A stretch of 64,000 nucleotides of DNA from the NCBI RefSeq assembly GCF_006345805.1, contig NC_043000.1, positions 23,188,001-23,252,000 on the forward strand. Reading direction: 5' to 3'. Origin of the DNA: Octopus sinensis (Eukaryota). The notes beneath the pieces are model-generated. The model ran no database searches. It was not told the origin of the DNA and saw nothing but the letters and a program-made list of their open reading frames with translations. Below, piece after piece: positions 24,494-36,914 of the stretch (position 1 is its first letter; each line of letters starts with the position of its first letter). The position numbers and the translations under genes were made by a program.

Positions 24494-25205
24494 CTGATAT
24501 AGAAATGTATGTAATAGAAAACACAAAATACAAGTGCAGTTTTAAATGTCAGTTGTCTAACTGATGTGAATGCTACATCAAAAAACCCAGTGAAAAGAGA
24601 AATGTTTACAGTTATCTGCAGCAGAATTAACAACGACCATAACCCCAATTATAGCTTGAAGGGTTCCCATCTATAATGAATGTTATGTCATCAGAAGCGG
24701 GAGGTTTTACATGAGAGAGCCATAACAAAAGAACCTTATCTATTTGATAAATAATGAATCATGTTCCAACTGAATGGATCTTAAAGAACAACTGCACCAT
24801 TATGTTATGTAATACAATTTTTGAAAAACGATATCAGTTTTAACATGAAATGGATTTCTACATGTTTCATGTTATAAAATAATAACATGTTACAGATAGA
24901 ATTAGTTCCAGTTTGTAACACAATATCACTAACCTACATTTCATCAGACAATAACAGTTCCTGTTAAAACTTTTATCTTGCTAAGTTTTATGAAGTACAT
25001 TCCATGTTACTTCAAAGCTGCTTTTACAGTTACCATTTTGTAAATCTTTTGATTTACGAACCATAGTTTGCATGTAGCATGCTAATCTGTCTTTGTGATT
25101 CTACATCACATTATTGTTTATTAAGCACATCTGCTTCTATTGCACATAAACCTTTACCTCATTCCAAAATATTGACCTCCATTTATGTGTGTATACATAT
25201 ATATG

Positions 25206-25417
25206 TATTTCTTTACTACTCACAAGGGGCTAAACACAGAGGGGACAAACAAGGACAAACAAACGGATTAAGTTGATTACATCGACCCCAGTGCATAACT
25301 GGTACTTAATTTATCGACCCCCAAAGGATGAAAGACAAAGTCGACCTCGGTGGAATTTGAACTCAGAACGTAACGGCAGATGAAATATGGCTACACATTT
25401 CACCTGGTATGCTAACT
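25206..25417 (-). mobile_element. SINE family B
   Basis: Reverse complement of family B. Confidence 0.85.
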
Positions 25418-26272
25418 TAGTGATAAAGAAAAAGTAAGAAGTTTTGTACATTCTGTGGCATGACAGAGGTTTGTGGGTGTTTTGGATTGCAAGACAGAAA
25501 CAAGATGTCATTGGAGAAATGTGCTTACAGGATGGCAATATTACACTAATTCTTATAAACGTCCCCTCAATATAAAAAAAGCATAGAAATACTACTATAA
25601 GAGATTGTTGAATGTGGAGAATGTTAGAGTGTGGGGTAGTGTACTACCATGACTAAATCCAACACAGGGACCAGTCACTGATGTGAACAGCTATACATTC
25701 CAGAACAATTAGGGACAGTAAAAGTAAGGAAGGTAGCTGAAATGCTGAAAATATCTGGTGAATTAGGTCATGTGCTAGTCATTCATTATAATCAGTCATT
25801 AAGGTGTCATAGTCAGAGACTGACGAAGTAGTATCATCCTACAAGGACAAGAGAGATGCACTAAAGAAAGTCCTTACTAAGGCATCAAGCTGATAGACTT
25901 GCGGCAGGAATATTTGGCAGAGTCCCAAATACCAACTTTCTGCCAAAGAATTGCAGCTGAATCACTGTGCTCACATGTAAAAATAACTAAATAACAGAAA
26001 TGGAGTTTTGTTTGGAAAATGATGGCATCAACAAGCAATTAACCCATTGAAATCTGATAAACCCATTAGGAATTTGATTTTTATCAGTAGCTAGTTGATC
26101 AGAGAAATACAATGGACCCAGTAGATGCTTAACTCATTAAATCTCAGTGTTGTAAACAAGTATTTTGTTTTTTGGACAAACAACATATAAATTGTCATTA
26201 ACAATTTATTCTTTGGTGCTTTTTTCTCTGAAAAACTTTTGCTATAAATAGTCTGTTTTTCTGGTAACTCAC

Positions 26273-26383
26273 CAGTGTCCCTAAGACAAGCTTCCAGGAA
26301 TTTACCAGCACTCAGAAATGGCTGCAGAATGCCACAATGATGATGACAATAACAGGTGTTCTGACCCAGTTTAAGCCAGCTAG
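26273..26383 (-). CDS. Candidate exon with an in-frame TGA in its hydrophobic frame
   Basis: Clustered AG acceptors at 26384-26395, CTG|GTGAGT donor; LAGLNWVRTPVIVIIIVAFCSHF*VLVNSWKLVLGTL; another frame from 26393 is fully open. Confidence 0.25.
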
Positions 26384-26574
26384 CTGCTAAAATCTACAAC
26401 ATAACACATGGTTACAGATGTTCTTAGGGCACAACATCTCATAGAAACTACTGAACTGATTGTCTTGGCTTATATATCTTTTCTGTTATTTGTTGTAATG
26501 ACATTTTTGTTAATGGTAAATATTTGTATTTGAAATTTCATACAAACTTCTTGTTCATCCACCACTTAACTCAA

Positions 26575-27263
26575 TGAAAATATCTTATTGTTACAGACCT
26601 TCAAATGAAAGTGCAAGAGTTACAGCACAATTGATAAGGAAGGGAAGTAGTTTAGATGAGCAGCAATTCAGCTTTGCATCAAGAATAGATATTACCAATG
26701 CCTCCTTCCTAGGGAAACAACTACAGATGAAGAATATAGCTAAGAGCAAACCACTCTGTTAGGCATCCACTGACCTGGTGATCACTAAGGAAGCAAGTAG
26801 ACGAATAGCTTATAAGGGCTGTGTAGGTCATGTATGGAGAGGAAGCCAGTAAGAGTTCAATGAGGAATTTAATATGCAGGTAGTGATAAATCAGGGTTCA
26901 GTTCACTTTGGGTAAATAATGGATGAACAAGAATTGTAAGACTTTTTAGTCTTGCTGAGGACAATACAACCTCTTTAATGTTGGTGCTACAATAAAATAC
27001 ACTGAAGTATGCTCTGTAAAGTGACTGGAGTCAGAAAGAGCATCTAGCCTTAGAAACTATGCAAAAAATGGATCATACAAGCAAGAATTGGCCCCAGTCT
27101 ATCTAGATCAGTGACTCCAAGTAAGTACTAACTCGGGCAGTGATGATGTGTCCAACCCATACCAGCATGGAAAGCAGACATAAACTTCATGAAGATAATG
27201 ATGTGTGCATATGTTTGTGTGCATGTGTGTGTGTGTGCATGTGCACATATTTGAGTGCATATG

Positions 27264-27322
<59 letters not shown>

Positions 27323-27880
27323 AAATAAGCAACAAGGATATCCAGAGGTAATGCAGTACGATCGTTTCATGCAACTCCATTTAATTTAACAATGCAATCA
27401 TTACATCAGTTTAAATGCAGAGCAAGCCTCAGCTGCACAAAGACAGAATTTAATTAAATTAAAACAGATGGACACATTAGTATAATTATACCTAAAATCT
27501 CCAAGAAGTTAAGGAGATAGACAAAGAACATGCTGCCCTCACTCAAGCATAGAAGCTACTAAGGTATCAAGAAGATGTACATTATTACAGACTCTGCCTG
27601 TCACTGAGTTTTTGTTTTATGGGGTAAGTTTTAATTTATAGACTAGTTTATCAAATCCTTGTATATCTAAGGTTGAGAGAACAAAGGGGCAGTGTCTGTT
27701 AGAGGTAGGGCTGAGGGAGCAGACAGACATCATAGTTGGTATAGTCATAAAAATCAAGATTTATTAGAAGCAATATCATGAGGTTTGGTAAAGGAAAACT
27801 TAAAACAAGCTAACATCGTTAAGCCATATATTATACAGAGAGTCATAGAAGCTATTAAGAAGAGATATCGTTGGATTATG
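26575..27880 (+). mobile_element. Highly degenerate RTE-like LINE remnants
   Basis: EEFNMQVVINQGSV near 26872-26913 resembles RTE RT EEFxVxVGVHQGS; Cys-rich insert-like remnant near 27010-27080. Confidence 0.4.
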
Positions 27881-27910
27881 TGTTGGTGATTTGAACAGTT
27901 GGTGGAGGAG

Positions 27911-28236
27911 GGGACCTCCTTCGGTTATGAATGACCATGGGACTGCACCTAGAATGTTACCGTCTGAGGCACAAGTCAGGACAAGATTGTTTGTGGAAGG
28001 CTAGCAGTCGCCCATGCATACCAGCCTCCACACCACTGATGTTATCCAAGGGAAAGGCAAAAGCCAATACAGCTTGGCACCAGTGATGTCACAACTCATT
28101 TCTACAGCTGAGTGAACTGGAGCAACGTGAAATAAAGTGTCTTGCTCAAGAACACAACACGCAGCCTGGTCTGGGATTCAAACTCACAACCTAACGATCA
28201 TAAGCTCTACACTCTAACCACTGAGCCATGCGCCTT
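27911..28236 (-). mobile_element. SINE family E, near full length
   Basis: Reverse complement of 21496-21710 plus 3' part. Confidence 0.85.
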
Positions 28237-28602
28237 CACAACAGTTGGTGAATGAATATACAATAAGTCTGCAACTACATTAAAACATTATAACAGTATG
28301 TATGTATGTAAGTATGTATGTATGGATGTATGTATGTATGTATAAAAGCAAAAGACAGCAACAGTCCAAGGGATATTCACAATTATATTATTAGGTTGAT
28401 GCTCAAAGAAGGAAAATGTTATGAAGTTAAAATCTAACATGTCAGACATAGTCCTTCATCAGATACTTGATGAAAGTCCAAGGGAGCAGGAGAGACAACG
28501 AGGAGAAGAAAAAAGATGAAAGAGAGAGAAGAGAGCTGGGAAAAAATAAAACACTCATGGGTTTTATATACACACGCACATTCACACACACAAACAGACA
28601 TA

Positions 28603-29020
28603 CTCTTTTTACTTTTTTACTTGTTTCAGTCATTTGACTGTGGCCATGCTGGAGCACCGCCCTTAGTCGAGCAAATCGATCCCAGGACTTATTCTTTTTA
28701 AGCCTAGTGCTTATTCTATTGTTCTCTTTTGCTGAACTGCTAAGTTACGGGGACGTAAACACACCAGCATCGGATGTCAAGCGATGTTGAGGGGACAAAC
28801 ACAGACTCATAAACATATACACACTCATACATTTATATATATATATATACATATATACGATGGGCTTCTTTCTGTTTCCGTCTACCAAATCCACTCACAA
28901 GGCTTTGATCTGCCCGAGGCTAAAGTAGAAGACACTTGCCCAAGGTACCACGCAGTGGGAATGAACCCAGAACCATGTGGTTGGTAAGCAAGCTACTTAC
29001 CACACAGCCACTCCTGCACC
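28603..29020 (-). mobile_element. SINE family A, full length
   Basis: Reverse complement of family A. Confidence 0.9.
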
Positions 29021-30361
29021 TACACACATAAGAAAATTACAATAAGCAAATTATATCATTATTTGTTCATATGTACATTTGACCATTGTAGTTGTTTTGA
29101 AGTCTGCATTAGTTGTTCTAAGAGCAGCTGGATGCTTAAATACAATGAATCATCAGGGAACACTTTATTGCATTATGTTACAGAGTACTAAAAATTCAAG
29201 AATTAAGTTTTTAACACTGAAAATCTTCTGTGTACACTCTGTGGGTAACTATATTTTACATAGTCACTATACCTGTGGCACTCTGTGTAGTCTTTAACAA
29301 AGCAACATGAAAATGTCCATATGCAAATTGTTGGGAAGAACAAACTTATTTTAATCAAATGACTGACATTGGTGTTTATTGACTGCTATTATAAAAGCCA
29401 TTTGAAATGGAAACTAATTTCAGTCTAGTGAAAGGCAGAGAGAAAGAGAGAGGTGTCAGACAATCTCAGTGTAATTCTTGGCACAATGGCATGTTTTCCA
29501 TTATATTCCTCTTCTGTAATAATGCTAGCTCCAGTCATCCATTTATATAAATGCATTACTCACATTCTTTTTTCGTTACAAAATCTATTAGCCCTATTTA
29601 AACTTTTTACTCTAGCTCTTAAAACATGCTTTTTTTTTCAAGGTCAAAGTATGGGGAGACATAGGAACTCTATCAAATGGTCTTTATCATTGCAGGAACC
29701 AATTTTTAAGTGGTTGCTTCTCTATCAAATATGTTGATAATTTCCTCATTTATCGATGTTAGTACTGGTGAGAAATATTATTGCTTGATCAGTGAAGTCT
29801 TCAGGATACAATGGGCTGCAAAAGTTTGATTTCTCCTTTCATGTCTATTCTGTAGCAGGTCTTTGCTTAGATCTGAAATCAGGATGTTTTATTTGCAATC
29901 ACAAAATTTGGGATAAAGAAAAACAGGATGCTTCAAATACATTGATGGTATCAGCAATAAACTGACCAGTCAAAGCCTGCAAATAGACATCAAATATACT
30001 GATGACATCAGTAGTAAATTGACCAGTAAAGGTTTGGGAAAGTATATCATAAAAAGCTATTAGTCAAATTTTCCCCCTCACATTATAGATTCAACTTTGA
30101 TATAAACAGTATTATCAAGGGAGAAAAAAAGAAGGAAAATTGATACATCCAGCCTCCATGTCAGTGGCTATAGTAATTATCAGCTGATTTATACTAACCA
30201 GACTTTTCAACACTGGACCTCTACAACATAGACTATCAGACCTTAAATCTGAACAATTCATGTTGACACTTGCATTATTTTCTCACTCTACTCCCCCCCC
30301 CCCACTCTCTCTCCTTACTACAAACTAATATCAAACCAGAAAATATTACATTTTTATTTTT

Positions 30362-30782
30362 CATCTTTTAGTCTTAGCATTTTTGAGAAAAACTTATATT
30401 TGCAAAGTTATTTCACGCTAAAGTTGTCGTATTTCGGTAATTTCAACCAATCAATGATGTGTATTCAGCTGAATAAAATTACTGCTGTTGTTAGCCAACA
30501 AGAACTTCCGGCGGTGTATATTTCGTTTGTCACTGTTATTTATAACAACCCTAACCCTAAAAACTTAAAGCTAAAACCAGTACAAATGCACAAACAATAT
30601 CACAAATAACAGTTACATACGAAAAATGTACCACTGATAGTTGTTGTTGACAAACAACAGCATAATTTTATTCAGCTGAATACACATCATTGATTGGTTG
30701 AAATTACTGAAATACGAGAACTTTAACATGAAATAACTTCCCAAATATAAGCTTTTCACAAAAATGCTAAGAGTATAAGATG
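30362..30782. mobile_element. Foldback/MITE with ~180-bp inverted arms
   Basis: 30362-30541 vs 30603-30782 inverted (e.g. CAACCAATCAATGATGTGTATTCAGCTGAATAAAATT); spacer has CCCTAACCCTAA; no TSD resolved. Confidence 0.85.
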
Positions 30783-31153
30783 GTTTATATGACACATTCT
30801 ACCAGTGTCCAAAGTTTGAAAGTGTTTTGTTACAAAAAATTATTTTTTAAATCTGTAGGTCAAAAGGTAAAGATCCACCATACCAAAGCATCCGTAGAAG
30901 CTTGGTGCTGTCCTCTGGTTTGCCAGCTCCTGTCAAATCTTCCAAAGAATGCCAGTAGAGAAAATGAACATTAAATGGTGATGATGATGATGACGGTGAC
31001 AATAACAACATACTGCAACTTATATTTTCATTGTAACTTACATTTTCTCTGTACTTGTCGTACACTTGTCCACTAAATCGTTGACCTTCTCTTTATTTAA
31101 ATGCATTATAGAAGGCGGAAGAAGTCTTTGAGTATCAGAAAGTGTATGTAAAG

Positions 31154-31575
31154 GTGGTGAGATGGCAGAAACATTAGAATGCCAGGCTAAAAACTCTTAG
31201 TGGTATTTCATCTGCTGCTACGCTCTGAGTTCAAATTCCGCCGAGGTCGACTTTGCCTTTCATCCTTTCGGGGTCGATTAAATAAGTACCAGTTATGCAC
31301 TGGGGTTGATATAATTGACTTAATCCACTTGTCTGTCCTTGTTTGTCCCCTCTATGTTTAGCCCCTTGTGGGCAATAAAGAAATAAGAAACGTAAGCATG
31401 CTGGGCGAAATGCCTAGCAGTATTTCGACTGCCGCTACATTCTGCGTTCAAATTCTGTCGAGATCGACTTTGCATTTCATCTTTTTGGAGTCGATTAAAT
31501 AAGTACCAGTTAATTCGTTTGTCTGTCCTTGTTTGTCCCCTCTGTGTGTAGCCCCTTGTGAGCAATAAAGAAATA
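31154..31575 (+). mobile_element. SINE family B dimer
   Basis: 17-bp TSD AGAAAGTGTATGTAAAG at 31137-31153 and 31576-31592. Confidence 0.85.
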
Positions 31576-32676
31576 AGAAAGTGTATGTAAAGTGGATACC
31601 TTGACAATTGATGCTTGATTTGAAAGAGAGAAAGGGAAGTCTACTTTGACCTGCCAAGAGTGTCTGAAGCCAAACAAAGCCAATAAAACAGTGTCTCACC
31701 AAGTGACCGCACATCTTTCTGGTCCCTCTTACTATTCTTTTCATTTGTCAAGAACTAACATCAACATTTTAAAACTTTCATTTTTCAGTTTTTCCTTCTG
31801 CGTCAGATTCACACATTTCGGTTTGTTTTGATTTCTATTAATCATAAAAGACTAATGTATTTTCTTTTTGTTTTTTTTTTATTTATCCCAACTTCTAAGC
31901 TTGTTGTTCTATGTGCTGTCACCATCTCTGTCACTTTCACTTAAACATTTATCTATAAAGTCTTTTTTTTTTGTCTGGTTGTTGCATTTCCACTGTTGTG
32001 TCTCTCACATCAAAAAATATTAACTGTATTTCTTCACACTTTGTTGTCTCGTTTTCACTGAATCTATTCTTAACAACTGTATCTAAGAAGTCTGCTGGTA
32101 CAGACTGAGGATAAATAGTACTGTCCTCAATGCTGAAACTGCAAATTCCTTAGTTTGGGCAGCTGACGAAAGGAAAATTTCCAACTTGTTCCTTCTGTTA
32201 TTATTTTCTCAGCTGGTACCTTTTTCTTCTATTTACATAGCGATGCACAGTTCTTTTTTCCTGTTATACATACATTCGTGTGTGTGTGTGTGTGCGTGCA
32301 TGTAAATGGAATATATATATTATTGTTAAACAAGAATATTGTTGACAGTGACTTAGAAGTTTTGGCCAGCTAAGCTATTGTCAGACTGTGATGCTTTGAA
32401 GTTAATCTGAGCTTTATATAGTCTCTGTTGAGTTCAAAATCTTCCTTGGGTGTGTGAGTTCAGTGGAGTGGTAATTAGGTTTTAAGATGGGTTGTGGTGG
32501 AGAGGTGTTTTGGAGAAATTTTTACTGATTAAATTTGGGGTTGTGTTATTGTTTAGAATTTCTTCATGTACACAACCTACCACAGTGTTGCATAATCAGC
32601 CCATTCAAAACTACCTTGGATTGTAGGGCAACATGCCATGCTTGAGGAAAGCTACTGAGTCAAATACATCAACATC

Positions 32677-33028
32677 AATATCAAATCAAATGGAAATTGC
32701 AGTTGTGACTCCCATGATAGTAGCATGTAAAAAGCATCATCCGAATGTGGCCAATGCCAGTGCCGCTTTGACTGGCTTCCATGCGGGTGGCACGCAAAAA
32801 GCACCATCCAATCGTGGTCGATGCCAGCTCCTCTGGCTCCTGTGCTGGTGGCATGTAAAAAGCACCCACTACATTCTCGGAGTGGCTGGTGTTAGGAAGG
32901 GCATCTAGCTGTAGAAACACTGCCAGATCAGAACGAGGCCTGGTGCAACATCCTGGCTTCCCAGACCCCAGTTGAACCGTCCAACCCATGCTAGCATGGA
33001 AAACGGATGTTAAACGATGATGATGATG
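32677..33028 (+). mobile_element. Family C copy with three internal units
   Basis: Core and (GAT)n tail. Confidence 0.85.
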
Positions 33029-33178
33029 TAGAGCTTTGTAAACAAGTGAGTATATTTAAGTGTGTTTTCTTCAGGTCATAGGATTGTTTTTTTTGTGGTT
33101 CACAAAGAGGATGTAAACTAAATGTAATAAGTAAACAAATAATTAAATATAAACCATTAAATACATTAGTTTCAAATT

Positions 33179-34091
33179 TTGGCACAAGGTCAGCAACTTG
33201 GGGGAGGGGGTAAGTCAATTACATCAACCCCTGTGTTCAACTGGTACTTAGTTTATCAACCCCAAAAGGATGGTAAGCAAAGTTAAGCCTGGCAGCATTT
33301 GAACTCAGAACATACAGTCAGAAGAAATGTTGTTAAGCATTTTTTTTCCAGCATGCTAACAATTCTGCTATCTCACCATACCTGCTGCTAAGGGGTTGCA
33401 CTGGACACAATTCAATGGTGCTCCTTCAGCATTATTACAAATTAGTACCCACCCAGAATATTTTGAAGCACCCCCAAGCACCAAAATATGGCGACGGACC
33501 TGTGTCTCACTGCCTTAAACCATTAAATATATTCTATTCTACTCTAGGCACAAGGCCTGAAATATTTGGGGAGAAGGCCAGTCGAATAGATCAACCCCAG
33601 TATGCAACTAGTACTTAATTTATTGACCCCGAATGTAAAGACAGGTGAAATACCTCTAAGCATTTCAACTGGCGTGCTAATGTTTCCGCCAGCTTGCTGC
33701 CTTACTATTAAATATATTCTTTTCTACTTGAGGCACAAGGCCTGAAATTCTGGGGGAGAGTGCCAGTCAAATAGACCGACCCCAGTATGCAACTGATACT
33801 TAATTTATCAACCTTGAAAGAATGAAAGGCAAAGTCGACCTCAGTGGAATTTGAACTCAGAACGTAAAGACAGACAAAATACCTATTTCTTTACTACCCA
33901 CAGAGAGGACAAACAAACGGATTAAGTCGGTTATATCGACTCCAGTGCATAACTTACTTATTTAATCGACCCTGAAAGGATGAAAGGCAAAGTCGACCTC
34001 AGTGGAATTTGAACTCAGAACATAAAGTCAGATAAAATACCACTAAGCATTTTGCCCAGTGTGCTAACATTTCTGCCAGCTTGCCACCTTA
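33179..34091 (-). mobile_element. Tandem cluster of SINE family B copies
   Basis: Units ~33179-33378, 33535-33703, 33717-34091 (dimer), separated by a repeated C(C/T)ATTAAATA(T/C)AT. Confidence 0.8.
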
Positions 34092-34432
34092 CCATTAAAT
34101 ATATAAAAAATAGATATTCAATTAATAGCATTTTTTAAAGAAACCAGTCCAAAGTTTACTTCCTTGACACATTGGATGCATTCATCAGAAAATGCCAAGT
34201 TGTGTCAATAAAAATGTCTAGGACAATAAAATGGTTTTATTATACAATATTCACTAACAAAATAGATATTGCTGTGAGGCTGTTCAAGGTACAAAGCGAA
34301 CAATGGTAGTAAACTAAGGGGACCAAAGTTCACTCACTAGGCACTTTGGGTTGGTTCTAAATAAAATCCCAATTTGTAATGGAAAAGAAAAGAGATTTCT
34401 GAATGTGATATCTTTTATATTTTATGCGTAAC

Positions 34433-34792
34433 ATGTTTCAGTCATTAGACTGCAGCCATGCTGGAGCATGACCATCAAGAATTTTTTCATAAGTCAAATG
34501 AATTGATCCCAGTACTTAACAGTTTTTAAGTCTGGTACATATTCTATTGGTCTCTTTTGCCAAACTGCTAAGTCATGGGGACATAAACACACCAATGTGT
34601 GTTGCCATGAGTGGTGAGGGATAAAGACAGACACAAAGACACACACACACACACATATACAATGAGCTCCTATCAGTTTCTGTCTACCAATCCCCTCACA
34701 AGGATTGGGTTGGCTCAGGTCTATAGTAATAAAGACTTGCCCAAGATGCTGTGCAGTGGGACTGAACCCAGAACTATGTTTGTTGGGAAGCA
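34433..34792 (-). mobile_element. SINE family A (diverged)
   Basis: Reverse complement of family A. Confidence 0.7.
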
Positions 34793-35226
34793 ATATATGT
34801 GTGTGTGTGCGTGTGTATATATATATATAGAGAGAGAGAGAGACAACGAGAGAGAGAAAGAGTAGTTAAAGCTGAACTCCAATGTGTTGAATGGCCATTG
34901 TTTTTAAAATAAAAATAAAATAAATGGACTTTTCTCCTTGGTACAAAAATGATGTAAGGTGAGTGAGATAGATGAAATCTATTTTGTTAATTATTGTGGT
35001 CAATACAAAACTAATTTCACGATTAATGTACAAACTAAATAAATCAATTGTAAAAAAAATTAACTTAATTTAGAAGCACATTTTCCGATCCTCAGCTGCA
35101 TATACCATATTTAAAAAAAAAAATAACTATAAAATATATTTACCTTCATCTATCTACATCAATTCTTAACTCAAGGTATTCAGTAAACTGAAAAAAGTAA
35201 GAGAGGGAGAAGATACATACTTGATC

Positions 35227-35553
35227 CATGGACATGTTTACAAAGTCAGAAAACAGCACAGCTCCCATGACTTTCAGAAACATTTTTTCATGCTAAGAGT
35301 TGCTGAAGCATGGAACAAACTGCCAGTATCAGTTGTTAGTTGTCGGAGCACTGCATCCTTCAAAACTTCCATGCTTCCTGAGATTCGCCAACACTACACC
35401 TGATTTTCTCCCCTCCATACACACGCAAGCATGTATCTGACTCATACACTGTTCACTTCCCATACATTTGTACATTACTGCATATGCTTTTTACGCACTT
35501 TTGACAAGTTGTGGTGCACCTGAGCGCACTGTATACAATAATTTCATTATTAT
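35227..35553 (+). mobile_element. 5'-truncated CR1-clade LINE 3' end
   Basis: HGHVYKVRK..QKHFFMLRVAEAWNKLPVSVV..FK matches the CR1 ORF2 C-terminus; (ATT)n tail. Confidence 0.85.
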
Positions 35554-36015
35554 ATCCACATTCAAACATGTTCTCTAATCTGTCACTGGGCTGATGATGG
35601 CAAATTATGCATATATATATATACTACTAATATAGGATGAAGTTTTTTTACAGGAAAAAAAATTTCATCAAAAAAGTGGCAGCATATTAAAATACCTTTA
35701 AAGGTTAAAATTATAAACAACTTATAAACAAGGGCAAAAGAAAATTATTTCTATGCCAATATGCTGATAATAGATTTTTAAATCGTCAATTTCCACATAT
35801 TATTATACCCACTACAGAAATACGTTGTGTTGAAATCGAGGAAAGCTAGCCAACATAATTTTTTTTAAAAGTTCGTTTTTTCTATATTGAATCAATTTCA
35901 GAATTAATCTCATAGATTTTTTCCTCTTCAGTAGAAAATATGAATAGAAATAAATGAAATACTTACATGCGCCCATGGAAAAAAAGCCAGAGCAAAAGTC
36001 ATATATATATATATA

Positions 36016-36207
36016 GGGAGAATTTACGAAAAAAAACAACAAAAGACGAAGACAGGTGGTGTACAAAACAAACAGATGTATTAGTATAATGCTCAGGAAT
36101 AGAAAAAGTCTTTTACGTTTCAAGCCTATGCTCTTCTACAGAAAGGGACACAGAAAAAACAAGGAGAGATAAAAATGTGTGTAGTGGCTAACGATCTATC
36201 ATGGCGT
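36016..36207 (-). mobile_element. Family P short element with hammerhead-like motif, between (TA)n tracts
   Basis: Minus strand CUUU-CUGUAGA-A-GAGC(AUAG)GCUU-GAAAC-GUA-AAAG at 36110-36145. Confidence 0.65.
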
Positions 36208-36347
36208 CATATATATATATATATATATAAAGACAGAGAGAGGGAGCAAGAGCAGTTAAAGCCGAACTCCAATGTGTTAATGGTCGTTGTTTTTAAAATA
36301 AAAATAAAATTAAAAAAGGAAAAAAATTTTTTAAATATATATATGTA

Positions 36348-36898
36348 CGAGGGTGAGTCAAAAAGTAATGCCATTTTGTTTAGGACAGGTATAATTACCA
36401 ACACAGGAACATGTATCATACATCAAAATGAAGCTGGTCCTCTGTGGATCACATCCCTACTTCTCAACATAGTCAATGATCCACCTTAGAATGAGAGTGT
36501 GTATCCCTGCCCTGTAAAATTCTGTTGAATGTTCTTTGAGCCACTTCTTCACTACAGTTTTCACTTCCTCGTTACTGGACTATCATTGTCACTGGACTAT
36601 CATCACTTCGGCCCCATGAAAGAGAGTTTGAGAGGCAAACATTATTCCATTGACGAGGAAGTGAAAACTGTAGTGAAGAAGTGGCTCAAAGAACAGTCAA
36701 CAGAATTTTACGGGACAGGGATATATGCTCTCATTCGAAGATGGAACATTGCTATTGAGAGAAACGGTGACTATGGTGAGAAGTAGGGATGTGATCCGCA
36801 GGGGACTAGCTTCATTTTGATGTATGAAACATGTTCCTGTATTGGTAATTATTATACCCGTCCTAAACAAAATAGCATTACTTTTTGACTCACCCTCA
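36348..36898. mobile_element. Mariner-derived foldback MITE built from two 3' ends
   Basis: TA TSD (36346-47, 36899-900); TIR CGAGGGTGAGTCAAAAAGTAATGC; right arm encodes DYH(H)FGPMKESLRGKHY..RRWNIAIERNGDY; left arm is its inverted copy. Confidence 0.9.
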
Positions 36899-36914
36899 TA
36901 TATATTTATATAGA

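Noticed and set aside
20444-31110. Innexin-like reading (NDLVDK..TPKCKWP) of the alternative frame of the candidate exons
   Set aside because: Spacing from the DxxDR motif to the first Cys is about 8 residues too long and the P-I-x-C-x-x-P-x-x-F motif is not met
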